Source: Eledone cirrhosa (taxonomy: Eukaryota). Taken from it: DNA of 64,000 nucleotides. A program made the translations under genes and the position numbers. The DNA is taken from the NCBI GenBank assembly GCA_964016885.1, contig OZ024740.1:352346001-352410000 (forward strand), read 5' to 3'. Positions 23,119 through 36,014 of this stretch are shown in pieces; position 1 is the first letter of the stretch; each line of letters opens with the position of its first letter. The notes under the pieces are model-generated. The model saw nothing but the letters and a program-made list of their open reading frames with translations. It made no database searches and was not told the DNA's origin.

Positions 23119-23263
23119 CAGACCTGCCAACCTCTAAAAACCCAAACGGGGAGAACCATGAAAAAAAGTGCCCCAAAACGGGGGGATTTTACATAATAAT
23201 CAATTTTCACAAGAGAAGACATCTCTCACCCACCCCAAAGGGGTGGGAGATCTCCCTGGTCTG
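23119..23263 (+). mobile_element. Non-autonomous DNA element with CAGACCTGCCAAC terminus (hAT-like); partial copy also at 23583-23650
   Basis: Homologous to the reverse complement of 29369-29562. Ends in GGTCTG. Confidence 0.6.
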
Positions 23264-23659
23264 CATCTAGCCACTTATAATGAAACAAAAACTGTCTGCT
23301 TTCCAAGTTATTCAACCTAATTATATGGTTACTGTCTAGTTTCTCAATGTAATCCATCCTATGGAATATCATAGCATATAGCGCCCTAGTGGTAATTATG
23401 GAAACCCATATGCACATCCACTAAATAGTGGTTTCTGATTTAGGCAAAAGGCCAACAATTTTTAGGGAGGGCTAAGTTGATTAAATCGACTCTAGTTCAT
23501 TACTCGTGCTTTATCTTATCGACCTCAAAAGGATGAAGAGCAAAGTTAACCTCTCATCCTTACGGGGTCGGTAAAATAAAGCCAGACCTGCCAACCTCTA
23601 AAAGGGTGCCCCAAAATGCAGAGATTTTACATAATGAAAGCTATACCCATGAGTCACCT

Positions 23660-24070
23660 TAGTTCTATTCAAATAGAGCTGAATGGGGCTACTCAGCTAC
23701 AACATATCTGAATTCAATAGTAGAGTAAACCTATTTAATATTTCAACAATATGAACATACTAAAGCAACTCCTCTCTGGTGAGCTTGCTACAGAGAAAAG
23801 GACAGCTGGCATACAAAAAAAGTGAGAGAAGGATAGCTTAAAAGTCAGGAATATTGACATAGAATCCTGGAAACAACTTGTTCAGAACAAACCCTTATGG
23901 GGCACCCTCATCTATAAAAACACAAAATCCTTTTATGAGACACATATCCAGGTAGCAGAAACGAAATATAAGCTTCACAAAGCCGAGTCAGCCAGCACTT
24001 CAAATGAAGCCTCAGACCACAAGTGGTTCTTATTTCCATCCCAGAATCAGACTCTTGAGTAATCTACAGA
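23660..24070 (+). mobile_element. Degraded RTE (BovB-like) LINE 3' fragment
   Basis: Remnant translation KQLLSGEL..KR..G and IESW; resembles the reverse of 50740-51000. Confidence 0.45.
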
Positions 24071-24079
24071 CTCAAAACT

Positions 24080-24745
24080 TAAATAATCAAAGGAACAAAA
24101 TCATGGCATTCATCAATTACCAACAGATGAACAGGAACCAATAAAGGAGAATTTTTTTCTAAATATATCACTGAAATCTCCCTGATTAATAACAGTGACT
24201 TTGAGATAAAAGCAGAATAGCATTTCTTTGCCACATCCCATGGCAAGAATGTCTTTGATGGTGTCGGGACCATCAAGTGCTTGGCAGCAAGAGACTAGTG
24301 TTAGATCAAATTTCAACACCAAAGCAGTTGTTTTAATTTGCAAAGAAAGGGATTGATGGAATCAGTTTTCTTTGTGGGGTCTAAGTCTGTCAACCAGATG
24401 TCAGTTTCTAGATCTTCGATATTCAAACTCAGCCACATTCAGAAGCATACGTAGAAATCTGAAGACCTCTGTTGAATTTCATTGGAATGACCACAATGCA
24501 TAAATTAAACTTATGGTGATATAGTAAATGTAGAAAAACAGTCTTTCATTACGAAATAATCACTCCACATGTTTTAGCACCTTATCACGTAGAATTTGAA
24601 GTTGGTGAAAATTGTCAAAATGTTGACTCTGAATATAATTCCCTGGTATCTGAGGCTTGCTCTTGCTACTAAGCACTGACACCTTCAGTCATTCTTGCCA
24701 TGGGATGTGGCAAAGAAATTCCATCCTGATTTTACCTCACCACAT
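24080..24745 (+). mobile_element. DDE transposase remnant (FFATSHGK..DG motif, Sola2-like) with an inverted duplicate
   Basis: TTCTTTGCCACATCCCATGGCAAGAATGTCTTTGATGGTGTC = FFATSHGKNVFDGV at ~24225. Reverse-complement copy at ~24655-24740. Confidence 0.5.
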
Positions 24746-26202
24746 TTTACCATTAATTTTTTGGTCACATATTCCTCAGCTTATATTCAAGTTTATACGG
24801 TAATTTAGAGGTTTTAGAATGTGAAAAGTCATCATTTTTACAACTAAACATGCCTGTTTCAGATTTAAAAATTGGCCTCATTACCTGAAATGTGTTTATT
24901 CATAATTATTGACTAGGTCTCTTCAAAAGAGGCAGTAATTGTAATAAGAGATTTTAAAACTGAGATATTAACATTTTTTATCTTGCTTCTAAAATCATTT
25001 TAACTCGGACTATAATAATTTTAAATTATTAGCCAATATAATACGTAATTAAATTGTGTATGTCTAACAAAGCATAAAGAAGTTCTTTTTCAATAAATAT
25101 AGAGCTTGTGAAAATATTTTGGCTGATCCACTTTTCCATCACAGATAAATAAGGTAAATAAGAAACAATTTCAAGCTTTACTGGGTATGAAAAGTGCTTT
25201 TCAATTCTCAGTACATTCCTTGATATTGAAATAAAAGACCACATACAAAGATAAATTAAAAAGACTTCTTGATTATTTCCTAGCCAGGTTTAATGACTTT
25301 GAGAAACTGAAGCCCTTTATAAATTCATTCACAATTCATGTGATCAATGGTGGTTGTTCAATTCTTGAACTTTTGATTAGAAATAGTGCTGGAACAGACA
25401 CCACACAACGTTGTCTGTCAGATCTTAGATGTCCACACTATACTGTGTCAGCTTTAATTCAAAGTTATAGCTCACCTAGACTGGGTTCCCTTCACTATGG
25501 TTTATAGACTCCATGTCTCGTTTGTGGAATTTTTATAGAATTACTCTTCACCTGGATATGCTGCCTTTCATACAGATATTTATCCAGATCCTTCTAGATG
25601 GGTTACAATCATCATCATCATCATTTTACGTCCGCTTTTCCCTGCTTGCAAGGGTAGGACTTACAATGATGCAACCATACAGTGCCCATGCCCACTTCAG
25701 AGGTAAAGAGCCAGTAAACTAACTCAGCAACTTAGTTTCTATTCCCAGTTATAAATATTTCATTTCACTTCAGAAAGCAGGGGGTGGGGGTTGGAATCAT
25801 CACATCTTCCACAATCTCATTTATCACCACCATTATCATCATCATCAGATTTATTTCTTCCATGCTGACATGGAGGTAGACAAGATATTTTGAAGCAGAA
25901 TTCTACAACTGTAATTCCTTCCTGATGCCAACTCATATTTGTTTTTTTTTTAAGTAAGGTATGGATATTCATGCATCTAACTAATGTGTGCAATGTTGAA
26001 TTTAAAGAGAAGGAACTTACACACACAAACATGCACACTTAGATGTATATATATATCATCATCATCATCCTTCATACATCTGTTTTTCCATGCTTGCATG
26101 GGTTGAAGGGCATCCAACCAGTATGTATACTACTGCCAAAAACTATGAGCACAACAAATGAGAATTGCAACAATTGCGTAAACAGCAATAATACTAACCA
26201 TG

Positions 26203-26512
26203 CCTACTGACTGTAGTAGGTTTTACTTTGTATTTAGGTAAGGCGGGTCTTCTCTATTACTGAGTACCGCCAAAGGTCTCGGTCCAGTGACATTGTCTTG
26301 GAGAGGTGTAAGTGTGTGAGGTCGGAATTTATCAGCTCGTCCCAGGTTTTTCTGGGTCTGCCTACTCCGTGGCTACCGTCTATCTTTATTGCCCTGCACT
26401 TTGTTATACAGCTATCGTCTTTCATGCGCATCACGTGACCATACCAACGTAGCCTTCTCTCGAGTAAACAACATCTGATCCCTCTTATTTCTAATTTTTT
26501 CCTTAGTTCATT
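26203..26512 (-). mobile_element. RTE LINE 3' fragment, near-identical subfamily to 15816-17250
   Basis: MRMKDDSCITKCRAIKIDGSHGVGRPRKTWDELINSDLTHLHLSKTMSLDRDLWRY..IEKTRLT is almost identical to the end of ORF 15878-16870. Confidence 0.9.
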
Positions 26513-26648
26513 CTGCTTTCATAAATCAATAGAAAAGGAAAAACATTAAGAATGCATATGTTTATTGTTAGAGAAAAATCAACAATTATCAGAACAATTA
26601 ACTGTTAGTAATATCTTTTTCATAAAACTTGTCTATTAAATTTTGTTT

Positions 26649-26870
26649 TTAACCCTTTAGCATTCACATATATATACTATTATATTTTCATGGTAAAGGC
26701 TTTACCTCGCATAATTATCTCACATAATATTGAATCTATGAGATTTTGAAAGTATTTATTTTGGGAACAATACCTTAACATCAGTTTGAGTGACCAGTTA
26801 CAGCTAATTTCAACAGAAAAAGGTAGAGAATTCTGGCCGGTTTTGGCCAGTTTGAACATTAGAGGGTTAA
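26649..26870 (+). mobile_element. piggyBac-type MITE
   Basis: TTAA-CCCTTTAGCATT ... AACATTAGAGGG-TTAA. Four copies in the window. Confidence 0.8.
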
Positions 26871-27919
26871 GAAATATTTTGACTTCTAAAGTGACAGCTG
26901 TCCCATGTTTTAAATATTTTGTTTTTCATTATTAATGTTTTCTAACAGAGGCACAAGGCTAAAAAATTTTGTGGAAGGTGAAAGTCAATTATATCAACCC
27001 CATTATTGATAGTACTTTATTTTATGAATCCCTTTTTGTCGAACTCTAAGTTGCAGGACATATACAGCAACACACACAGATATGTGTGTGTATATATATA
27101 TATATATATATGTGTAGTTTCCAACTATCAAATTTTATTTACAAAACATTGGTTAACCTCAGGCTATAGTAGAAGGCACTTGTTCATGTCACATGGTGGG
27201 ATTGAACTTGAAATTACATAGTTGCGAAGAGAACTTGTTAAATACATACCAAAGCATGCACCTATAAACATATACATATAAACAGTATGTCTACTTTAAG
27301 ATGTGGACATCAATCAATGATTCATGGCACGTTTTATCTGATTGATTTATTTTGGTAATATGTCATAGACAATTTGGATATGTACAATTTGGTATACAAA
27401 TTAAGATATTATTTGGAAGAAAAGTATAAGAATTGGGAAAGTTTAAAATAGAATTATAAAATTCAAACAATAACATTTACAATTTTATAAACAAACCTCA
27501 TATTAAATCAAAGAATAAAATTTAAGTTCTCCTTTGTTTATATGAGCATCATCTTCTTCATCTTTGCCCACTTACTCCTGGAAAGTTGTTGAGGCAATCT
27601 CCTCAAGCACGCCTTCCAGCAGGTCACGTCAGAAGCAACCATCTCCAATTGATCCAACTGGACCCCCCAATCAAGACTAGCCGAGCTCATAGATGTTATC
27701 CAACCACCCTACTCAGGGTTTCCTGTAAAATCTGTCCAGTGATTCTTTCCTTAGATGCGTCAAAAATTAAAATAAATTGACAAAGAATAATGGAAGTACT
27801 TTGCAATGTGTATTTTGTAATTTGTTAAAAATATTTATTAAATAAAAATCATAATTAGGTAATTTATAACTTTGGGGGTGTAAATAAAGAAAAATTATAA
27901 TAGTGATAAAAATATATAA

Positions 27920-28038
27920 TAATTGTTTCTACTTTTTGGTACAAGGCCAGCAATTACCCAGTGCATTACTGGTACTTTATTTTATCGATCAAGTATGGAT
28001 GAAAGGCAAAGTTAACCTCGGCGGGATTTGAACTCAGA
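27920..28038 (-). mobile_element. 5'-truncated Nin-domain SINE
   Basis: GGCCAGCAATTACCCAGTGCATTACTGGTACTTTATTTTATCGA..GGATGAAAGGCAAAG. Confidence 0.8.
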
Positions 28039-28494
28039 CATGCGATGCATGAGACAGTTGAAGTTCTTTAACAGGTTTAGCCAGCCGGTTGTTCCTCACT
28101 GTGATCATTCCGAAACTTGTTAGATGTTTGTTCTCTCGGGCCCCAAGGGTGGGCTTTGTTACACGTCTTAATGGTGCAACACAGCCTAGTTAGTTGACAC
28201 ACCATTTGCACTGCATAGACACTGGTTACAGCCAATTCGTAGGCTTCATTAATTCATCATTTGAAACGAAAGTCTCTCCGTCCGATTGTTTCACAACTCA
28301 CAAGTACTGTTAACATCTTATATACATAATTCAAAATAGAATGGAATAAAAAGAAAATTTTAAAAGAGAGCTGCGATTAATATTTCCCACAAAATACTTG
28401 GAAGGAGCTGAATATTATTTTTTGTAAAAAAATATCAAATATAACAGAAGGATATCAATACAAATAGGAAGTGTTGGTAACTAATTGCGGGTGT

Positions 28495-29118
28495 TCATTT
28501 TTTTAACTGGTCGTTGACAAGTGAAAGTTTATCGAATTCAGAAATTGGAGATAGGGCGGAACTTATAACCGGGTCTTTATATTCTTCCAATACAGTAAAA
28601 TCAATGGTGATTTGTCGTTGTTTAGGCAGATATTGGCGATATTTTACTTTAGCGCGGTCAAACATGATCCGAGAAGCTTTAGAGGTAAGTTTGTCCTTGT
28701 ATTTATCTGAATAATATATCACTTCAATAATTCCTGACTGTATAATGACTTTAGCACACTCATTGCAAGGAAACAGACCGACATATATAGAACAATTTCG
28801 AACATCGGCAGAATTTTTATTAAGAACAGCATTGAGCTCAGCATGACATACATAAAGGTTTTTGTTATCCAATTTGGATATGCCTTGGTTGCACCAAGGA
28901 AAAATATCATCCGCACAACCATGAGGCATGCCATTATATCCGATTCCAACAATACGTTGACTTTCATTAACAATACAAGCCCCTACCTGAGTTCTTGGAT
29001 CTTTACTACGTTGAGCAGAAAGAAAAGCTACGGACATGAAATAATCATCCCATTCAAGGTATCCTTGTCGTTTATTAGACGTATTTGATTTAACGTCAAC
29101 ACAATTGCCTTCAGCCAT
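28495..29118 (-). CDS. DCTD: Deoxycytidylate (dCMP) deaminase, 207 aa, single coding exon
   Basis: [29 protein letters not shown]...IVGIGYNG.P, with Zn-binding CHAELNA and LFPCNECAK motifs. Uninterrupted ORF, start context AGCATGG. Confidence 0.95.
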   Translation of the reverse strand: MAEGNCVDVKSNTSNKRQGYLEWDDYFMSVAFLSAQRSKDPRTQVGACIVNESQRIVGIGYNGMPHGCADDIFPWCNQGISKLDNKNLYVCHAELNAVLNKNSADVRNCSIYVGLFPCNECAKVIIQSGIIEVIYYSDKYKDKLTSKASRIMFDRAKVKYRQYLPKQRQITIDFTVLEEYKDPVISSALSPISEFDKLSLVNDQLKK

Positions 29119-29368
29119 GCTGTTTAAAATATCGACAAAATATTTACTAATTACGTCCCCTTCATATTTATTAAATAGCCTGCAAAGTTGCTATTTATCT
29201 CCCCTGTATATCTCCCCGTGCATACCCTGCGCTTTATGCTTTACATTGTTTATTTCTCTATAGTTAAAAAATATATAAGTATTCAAGAAAATCAAAGGGT
29301 TTTATAATTAGTGAACTCTCGCTAACACAAACACACTTTATACTATTTCTTCTATTCACAGAAAAATC

Positions 29369-29562
29369 AGACCTGTAAACTCTCCCCCTCCGACGAGATC
29401 TCCCACTTTCTTTGGGGTAGGTGAGAGATGTCTTCTAATGGTGAAAATGGGTATGGCTTTCATTATGTAAACTCTCCCCATTTTGCCTCATTTCTCCCCG
29501 TTTTGGAGCATTTTTTTTTTCACGGTACTCCCCGTTGGGGCTTTTAGAGGTTGGCAGGTCTG
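29369..29562 (-). mobile_element. Non-autonomous DNA element with CAGACCTG termini (same family as 23119-23263)
   Basis: CAGACCTG...GGTTGGCAGGTCTG, with internal homology to 23119-23263. Confidence 0.65.
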
Positions 29563-29739
29563 CGAGATTATCTTTACAAATTTAAAAAATTGTCTCCTCA
29601 TCAGAACATAACTACCCCTATGGTTTTGCTTACAGAGGGATCTTTCTCGCATTGCCATTTATCAAGCAAAATGTGGAACATCACTCAATGGTTAGTCTAA
29701 GTCAGCCGCGATGTCGTTCTCAGCTCAGTAAGAGAGAAC

Positions 29740-31320
29740 GTCCCACAACTCTACCACTTTGCTTGGCAGGCTTATTAGGAGCCCTTCTACTTCTCTTTTC
29801 TACCTCACTCTGTTTGCACTGGGCATTGATGACATCACCATAATTGGGGTTGAGTTGGACTTCAACGTCTGGTATCTCGACGACGCTTGTTTGGGGGGAC
29901 CTCCGGATAAGGTTCTCGACACTGGTAACAAAATAGTTGAGGAGATTGGCCATCGCGGTCTCCAGCTCAATAGCTCCAAATGTGAGATCTTTATCCTCAA
30001 CCATCCTACTTCTCAACATCAACAGACAATTTACATGTTTACAGAGTCCTTCCCTTCCATTATGATCCCTCCCCCGTCAGTTTGGTGCTCCTTAGGAGGC
30101 CCAATTACAGACCTTGCCTTCGAGTCAATCTTCCAATCGAAGACGGTTGGCCTTGAGCAGTTGCTGAAGAAAATTGAAGCAATTGAACCCCATCGAAGTT
30201 TTTTCATACTCAGAAACTACCTTTCAATTCCTAAGCTTATATATATGCTCAGGGTCAGCCCTTCTCACAGATTTCCGCATGTCTCCAATGATTCGACGAC
30301 CTAATCTTCGAGAGATTCAAGTGCTTGGTCAATGTCAGATTCTCTCCAGAGTCCCACGATCAGGCTGCATTGCCCAAGTGATTTGGGGGTCTTGGTCTTC
30401 GTAAATGTTCATCCCTCTCTCTCCCTCCCTTGGTTCCTTTCCTCCACCCTGGTGAGCAACATCCTCTCCTCTCCAACATGGACTAGTTCTAACAGGGAGC
30501 TGGATGAAGCTATCCAACAATGGAGTGAGTTGGGCTTGTCTGTTAGTGACAAGGTGGAGGACAGTCGAAGTCAGAGAGCTTGGGACAGCATAAGTTTGAA
30601 GGTCACCTTCGACTCCCTCTTCAACAGTCGAATCAGTTTTCAAGTTGCCGTTTACTGTCTGCCAACACCAAATACTCAGGTGACTGGGTTGATGCCCTAT
30701 CCGTGGCTAACATTAGTGGCCTACTCAGCTTGCACAAACTTTGTGTCTACATTACCCTCAGAGTAGGAGCTGATGTCTGTACTGGTTTGAGGTGCCGATG
30801 TGGCAAACTCCTCGACTCCACAGGCCTCCATAGTCTTTCTTGCCCGCCTGAATGTCGGTCGCTTCGCGCATCACATGGAGCTAAACCTTATTCTCAAGAG
30901 AGCTTTGGCCCAAGCAAACATCCACTCAATCTTGGAACCATTTGGGCTGTCCTGAAGTGATGGGAAAAGACCTGACTGCTTTATCCTGTGCCCCTGGTCG
31001 AGAGGCAGATGCCTTGTCTGGGACGTCACAGCTAGTGACTCTTTTGCTTCTTCCCACATCCTGGATGCTGCGGTTAGGGCAAGAGCCACAGCTTCTGCAG
31101 CCGAATGGAACAAAATCTTGAAATACCGTGATGTCAGCCAACTACATTTTCCAGTTTGGGGGAGTCGGGCTACTGACTGCAAGATTCCTATCTTCACACG
31201 CGGCTCTCCTAACAGTGGTAACTGGTGAAGCACGTGAGGGCACTTGGTTGTTCCAGCGCATCAGCCTCGCCATCATCTGAGGTAATGCTGCGAGCGTGTT
31301 GGCTTGCCTCAAAAATCGTT
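29740..31320 (+). mobile_element. Degraded RLE-type (CRE-like) non-LTR retrotransposon: RT plus zinc-knuckle/restriction-like endonuclease
   Basis: WYLDD...GLQLNSSKCE (RT); CRCGK.LD..GLH.LSC; LEP.GL...DGKRPD...PWSRGRCLVWDVT..D.FA.SH...AE.NK..KY. Several frameshifts. Confidence 0.8.
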
Positions 31321-32049
31321 AGAGAGGTTTCCCAGTGCTCCTCACGATACTGTTATCTTTTACTCTGGTAGTGGCTCGGTTGTCCACCCCTTTCACCTGC
31401 CTTTTGTTGTATGTGGTCCCAGATGCGTGTTGTTGTTTTTTCTTTTCTCTTTCGTTTTTTTCTGTTTGCCCTTTCCTTTATATTATATTTGTTTGTGCTT
31501 TCGTTCTGTAAGCATTATATTATTATATCTCTTTTTATACAACAGTGAATAAAATCCTTTGAACATACATTCGTTTAATTACATAATAAATATTTATGCA
31601 GAACGTGAGTTTGTACATAAACAAGACACAGATCCTTGGCCTACTATGAAATCAGTAACTCTGCTTCAATACTAACTTGATCTATGTAGACCTGTCCAAC
31701 CCTTGCTAGCAGTGAAGGTGGACGTTGAAATGAGGATGATGATGATGATGAACAATATTATAATGACGGTTATATTGACAAAATAAAGAAACTCCCTTTA
31801 ATATAAAAAAAATAACTATAATATAGATATATAACTACATTATATTGATTGACCAATACATTAGGACTGAATATATATAGATAAATGCATGCGTGCCCAT
31901 GTCTGTTTTTACGTTTACTGCTTATGCCCTATAACTAGTGTTTCAGGCTTATTAGATCTCCTAAGCAAAGCATATTCACTCAACAAGTTGGTTAGAATAG
32001 ATACAGGAAGTTTTTCCTCACTCTATTTATTTATTTTTGTGTGTGTGTG

Positions 32050-32220
32050 TATCTGATGCCCTTGGCCCGAGGACCACCTCCCTACTCACCACCATCGGCA
32101 CAGAGTTGGCAACCCGCAGGTGTGAGCCTCACAAGCTGGAATGGCTCTTGCAATGCTTCACCTTCACCATATTCTGGGAAAACACCTTCTCAATTCTATC
32201 TGCTGGAACCATGGAGCAGC
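32050..32220 (+). mobile_element. CRE-like element 3' fragment
   Basis: ALGPRTTSLL..IG..LA......WLLQ...TI...N..SIL resembles the RLE C-terminus. Confidence 0.5.
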
Positions 32221-32761
32221 CAGCACGTGGGCTCCTGTTTGCTGATAATAGTGAGAGATGGGGAGAGCAAAAGAGATGGAGGCAGTGAGTGAAAGAGAGA
32301 GAACACCAACACACACATGCACTTGATAAGACAACAATAGATGTTATATATATACATGAAGAATGGGGAAATTTGAAATTATAGTTGTCAATGCATAGAT
32401 GATATTTGAATACATCAGGTAAAGTACCCTTGAAAAGACGTGTAGGTTACTTCTGAACATTAGTTTCCATATGTTATAAGAATTACTTTATTTCCATTGG
32501 TGACTTAACTCCTGGTATTCCAGTTTCTACTGATTTTAAAAATTCTTTTAAAGAATGAAATATTCCAAGAAAAAGAGATAAAATATTGTATTGAATAATT
32601 GTTTAAGATTATTTTAAATTGTTTTCACTTTCACTAAAACCTGTGTTCTTTAACATGTCAGATCCAGCTATGTGATATTTACACAATTAAATTATGAAGT
32701 ATACTATTCATATTAAGTTTTATCTGTAGTACAGTACATTAGATACTGGAATGTTTTAAAC

Positions 32762-32970
32762 CAAGCATGTCAAACATGCGACCCGCGAGCCACATGCAGC
32801 CCTTCACAAGCACACCTACGGCCCACACAAAGGTTTTTTACAGCGCGAGCATGTTTTATCTTCGTAATATAAAATTTAAAAAATTAGTTGTAATGTGCGC
32901 CATTAGTTGTCGTGTGTGGCCCTCAGACAACACATATGTGACCCATATGGCCCTCAGTTTGACATGCCTG
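32762..32970 (+). mobile_element. hAT (Charlie-like) MITE
   Basis: TIR CAAGCATGTCAAAC/GTTTGACATGCCTG; 8-bp TSD TTTTAAAC/CTTTAAAC. Second copy at 46080-46264. Confidence 0.8.
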
Positions 32971-33099
32971 CTTTAAACGTTTTGGAGTAAAAAAAATATC
33001 AATTTCTTACATGAAAGCTAACTTTTCAAGAGAAATCTAGTAGTGCTTGATTAAAATGAAAATGCCTTCATTAAGAACAATTCTGATTTTATATATTTA

Positions 33100-33204
33100 T
33101 AAGGTGTCCCCCCAAAAATATATGCACACTTTGGTTACCTGTACAGGCAATATTTATTAGAAAGCTGTTGAAGTGTGTATACATTCTTTCAGGACACCCT
33201 GTAC
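33100..33204 (-). mobile_element. Tc1/mariner-type MITE
   Basis: TAAGGTGTCC...GGACACCCTGTA inverted ends in a TA context. Uninterrupted version of 57803-58183. Confidence 0.7.
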
Positions 33205-33244
33205 TATATATATATATATATAAGCATCTGGGATGGTGGATCAT

Positions 33245-34815
33245 GCCATGCAACCCCTATTGTAAACCAAATAATACAAAATGGTGTCATACCCAATGAT
33301 TGGGCTAGCAGCATCATTGTCAACTGTTACAAGGGCTCTAGACAGAGAAACCATAGAGGCATTAAGTTGGTTGACCAGGTCATGAAGGTCACAGAAAGAG
33401 TTATCACATAGCTGATTAGGAACTGAGTAAACCTAGATGAAATGCAGTTTGGATTTGTGCCAGGTAAAAGTACCACGGATGCTTTCTTCCTCGTAAGATA
33501 GCTGTAGAAGTACCTAGCCAAAAGTAAACCCCTCTACTTAGCTTTTGTTGACTTGGAGAAAGTCTTTCACAGAGTCCCCCATTCCATTACCCAGTGGGAT
33601 CTTAGAAAACTAAGAGTAGATGAGTGGCTTGTGAAAGCTGTACAAGCCATGTATAGCAGAACAGTCAGCAAGTTTAGAATTAACAATGACTATAGTGAAG
33701 AATTTAGCATGCAGGTAGGTGTCCATCAGGGCTTCATCGTTAGCCCTCTCCTGTTTATAATTGCCCTACAGGCTATAACAGAAGAATTTAAGACTGGCAG
33801 CCCATGGGAACTCCTGTATGCAGATGATCTAACCCTCTGAATCTATGTCAGAATTAGAGAAGAAATTTCAAACCTGGAAGCATGGCCTAGAATCAAAAGA
33901 ACTTAAAGTTAACTTACCAAACATTAAAGTCCTAGTATGTAGAAAGGAAAACAGGGCCCAGATTCCCTCAGTGAAATGGCTTTGCTCAGTGTGCAGGAAA
34001 GGTGTAGGTAGAAATTTCATCCTATGTCCCAAATGCAAACTATAGGTGCATAAAAAATGTAGTGGAATCATAGGCAGGCTATCAAAGAATGCAGATTGTA
34101 CGATGCATGTATATGAACAACAATGCTGCATGGTAGTGAGACCTGGGCACTGTGAGCAGAGGACCTGTGAAGATTGGAAAGAAATGAGGCATGCATACTC
34201 CAATGGGTGTGTGTATTAATATGCAAATGGCAAAGTGTAAATGATCAGAGAGAGAAATTTGGCATAAGATCAGATGCAGTGTGCAAGAGAGAAGATTGCA
34301 TTGGTATGGTCATGTGATGCGTATGCAGGGTGATTAAAGTTGATGGAAGCTATGGAGTAGGAAGACTCAGGATGACCTGGGATGATATGATAAAAGCTGA
34401 CCTTGCAAAGACAATGACACAGGATCGAGATTTTTGGTGTTATGCAGTAATACAGAAGACCTGCTTTCCCTTGCTCACAGACTGAAGCATACATCTAGTA
34501 GGTACCCCTTAACCACTATCCCCCGCCATACACATCTGATCACACCGCCCTGACACTGTAAAGTTGTCGTGTTGGTATCACAACAAAAAGCATCCTGCCC
34601 ACACCGTAAAGTGGTCGTGTAGGTGTCATGATAAAAAACACCTAGCACACACTGTAAATGTGGTTGGCGTAAGGAAGAGCTTCCAGCTGTAGAAACCAAG
34701 CCAGAAACAAGTCTGTATGAGCAAGACACAGTCACTTGATCCGATTGCCTCAAATGCGACAACCTCTCTAACCCATGCTAGCGTGGAAAATAGACGTTAA
34801 ATGATGATGATGATA
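33245..34815 (+). mobile_element. Degraded RTE LINE (RT through 3' UTR and (ATG)n tail)
   Basis: IPNDW..SIIVNCYKG, QFGFVPG, AFVDLEK, GVHQG..SPLLFII, LLYADD with stops and frameshifts. Tail AGACGTTAAATGATGATG. Confidence 0.88.
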
Positions 34816-34982
34816 TATATATATATACACATATATATGCATCAATCTCATCAGAATTGTTCTTAATGAAAGTATTTTCATTATAAAACAGAACTAGATT
34901 TCTCATGTATAACAGCCTCACCCCTAGCACTATACTATAATACTTACAATACACCTAGTTATATATTTGGTAAGGGATATAA

Positions 34983-35098
34983 TTAATTGTTTCTATTTTA
35001 GGCACAAGGCCAGCAATTACTCAGTACATTACTGGTACTTTATTTTATCGACCCTGTCAGGATGAAAGGCAAAGTAAACTTCGGTGGGATAATGAACT
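34983..35098 (-). mobile_element. 5'-truncated Nin-domain SINE
   Basis: Nin core and tail match the other copies. Confidence 0.8.
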
Positions 35099-36014
35099 TT
35101 GGATAGTTTAACAATAGTAGTCTGCATGAAGAATGTAGTGCAGGCTACCATGGACAAAAAATAATTTTCAATAACTGTAATGAGAAGAAAACTCATTAGC
35201 ATTAATGAAAATGGAGAGAGAGAGAGAACTCTTAAAATTTCAACTGACCAAAAATTTAAATGGAAAAATGCAAGGTGTGAGTGTATGGAGGAGGGAGTTC
35301 ATCTTTGGTAGCTATGATGAAATATGTACTTTCGTACTGGTTTTAATCATTGCACTGCACCTATACTGGAGCATCACCTTTAATTGTTTAATCAAAACTA
35401 ATACTAATTAAAACCTCAGTATTTATTTGTCTGGTACTTATTTTATTTGTTTGTCAACCCACTAAGTTATGGGGCTTATGTTAAAAAATAATTGCTGCTG
35501 CTACATGCACAAACGTTTTAGATGACATTTAAAAAAAAGGAAAACCAGTTGATTGGCAATTGACTCAACTAAATATCAACCTCACCACTCTGGGAGGATG
35601 TATAAAGTTCATGAGCACTTCCCTACCTCCTTTAACACAATATTAAAAACATAGTGTACCTATTCTAAACTAAGTGTATCTGATTTAGAATAGGTACACT
35701 GCATCTCTGCATGTCATAAGCTACTAAAAGGGTTTGTGTCAGGAAAGGCATTTGACTGTAAAACATTGCCTCAAAAGTCCTGTCCAACCCATACCAGCAT
35801 AGAAAAATCAACATAAAAATGTTTCTGGTGCTGATGAATTATATGTATGAGCACACAAACAAGTATATTCCCACAGAGATGGTTTAAAGAAAATGACTTT
35901 TCTTAAAGCACTTCGTTTTCTCCAACACTTGGCATATCTATCATGCGTCGATGCATTTGCTTGTATGCATAAGCTTCCACACTTTGATGGATGTGTAATA
36001 GTAATAGACATGAA

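Noticed and set aside
28495-29118. Viral or bacterial (HGT) origin of the intronless dCMP deaminase
   Set aside because: Motifs ([21 protein letters not shown]) look metazoan, base composition matches the host, and no viral genes flank it.
23119-29562. Two inverted CAGACCTG elements bracketing DCTD as a composite transposon that captured the gene
   Set aside because: Outer flanks (TTCGTCTA vs CGAGATTA) are not a TSD, and each element has its own two ends.
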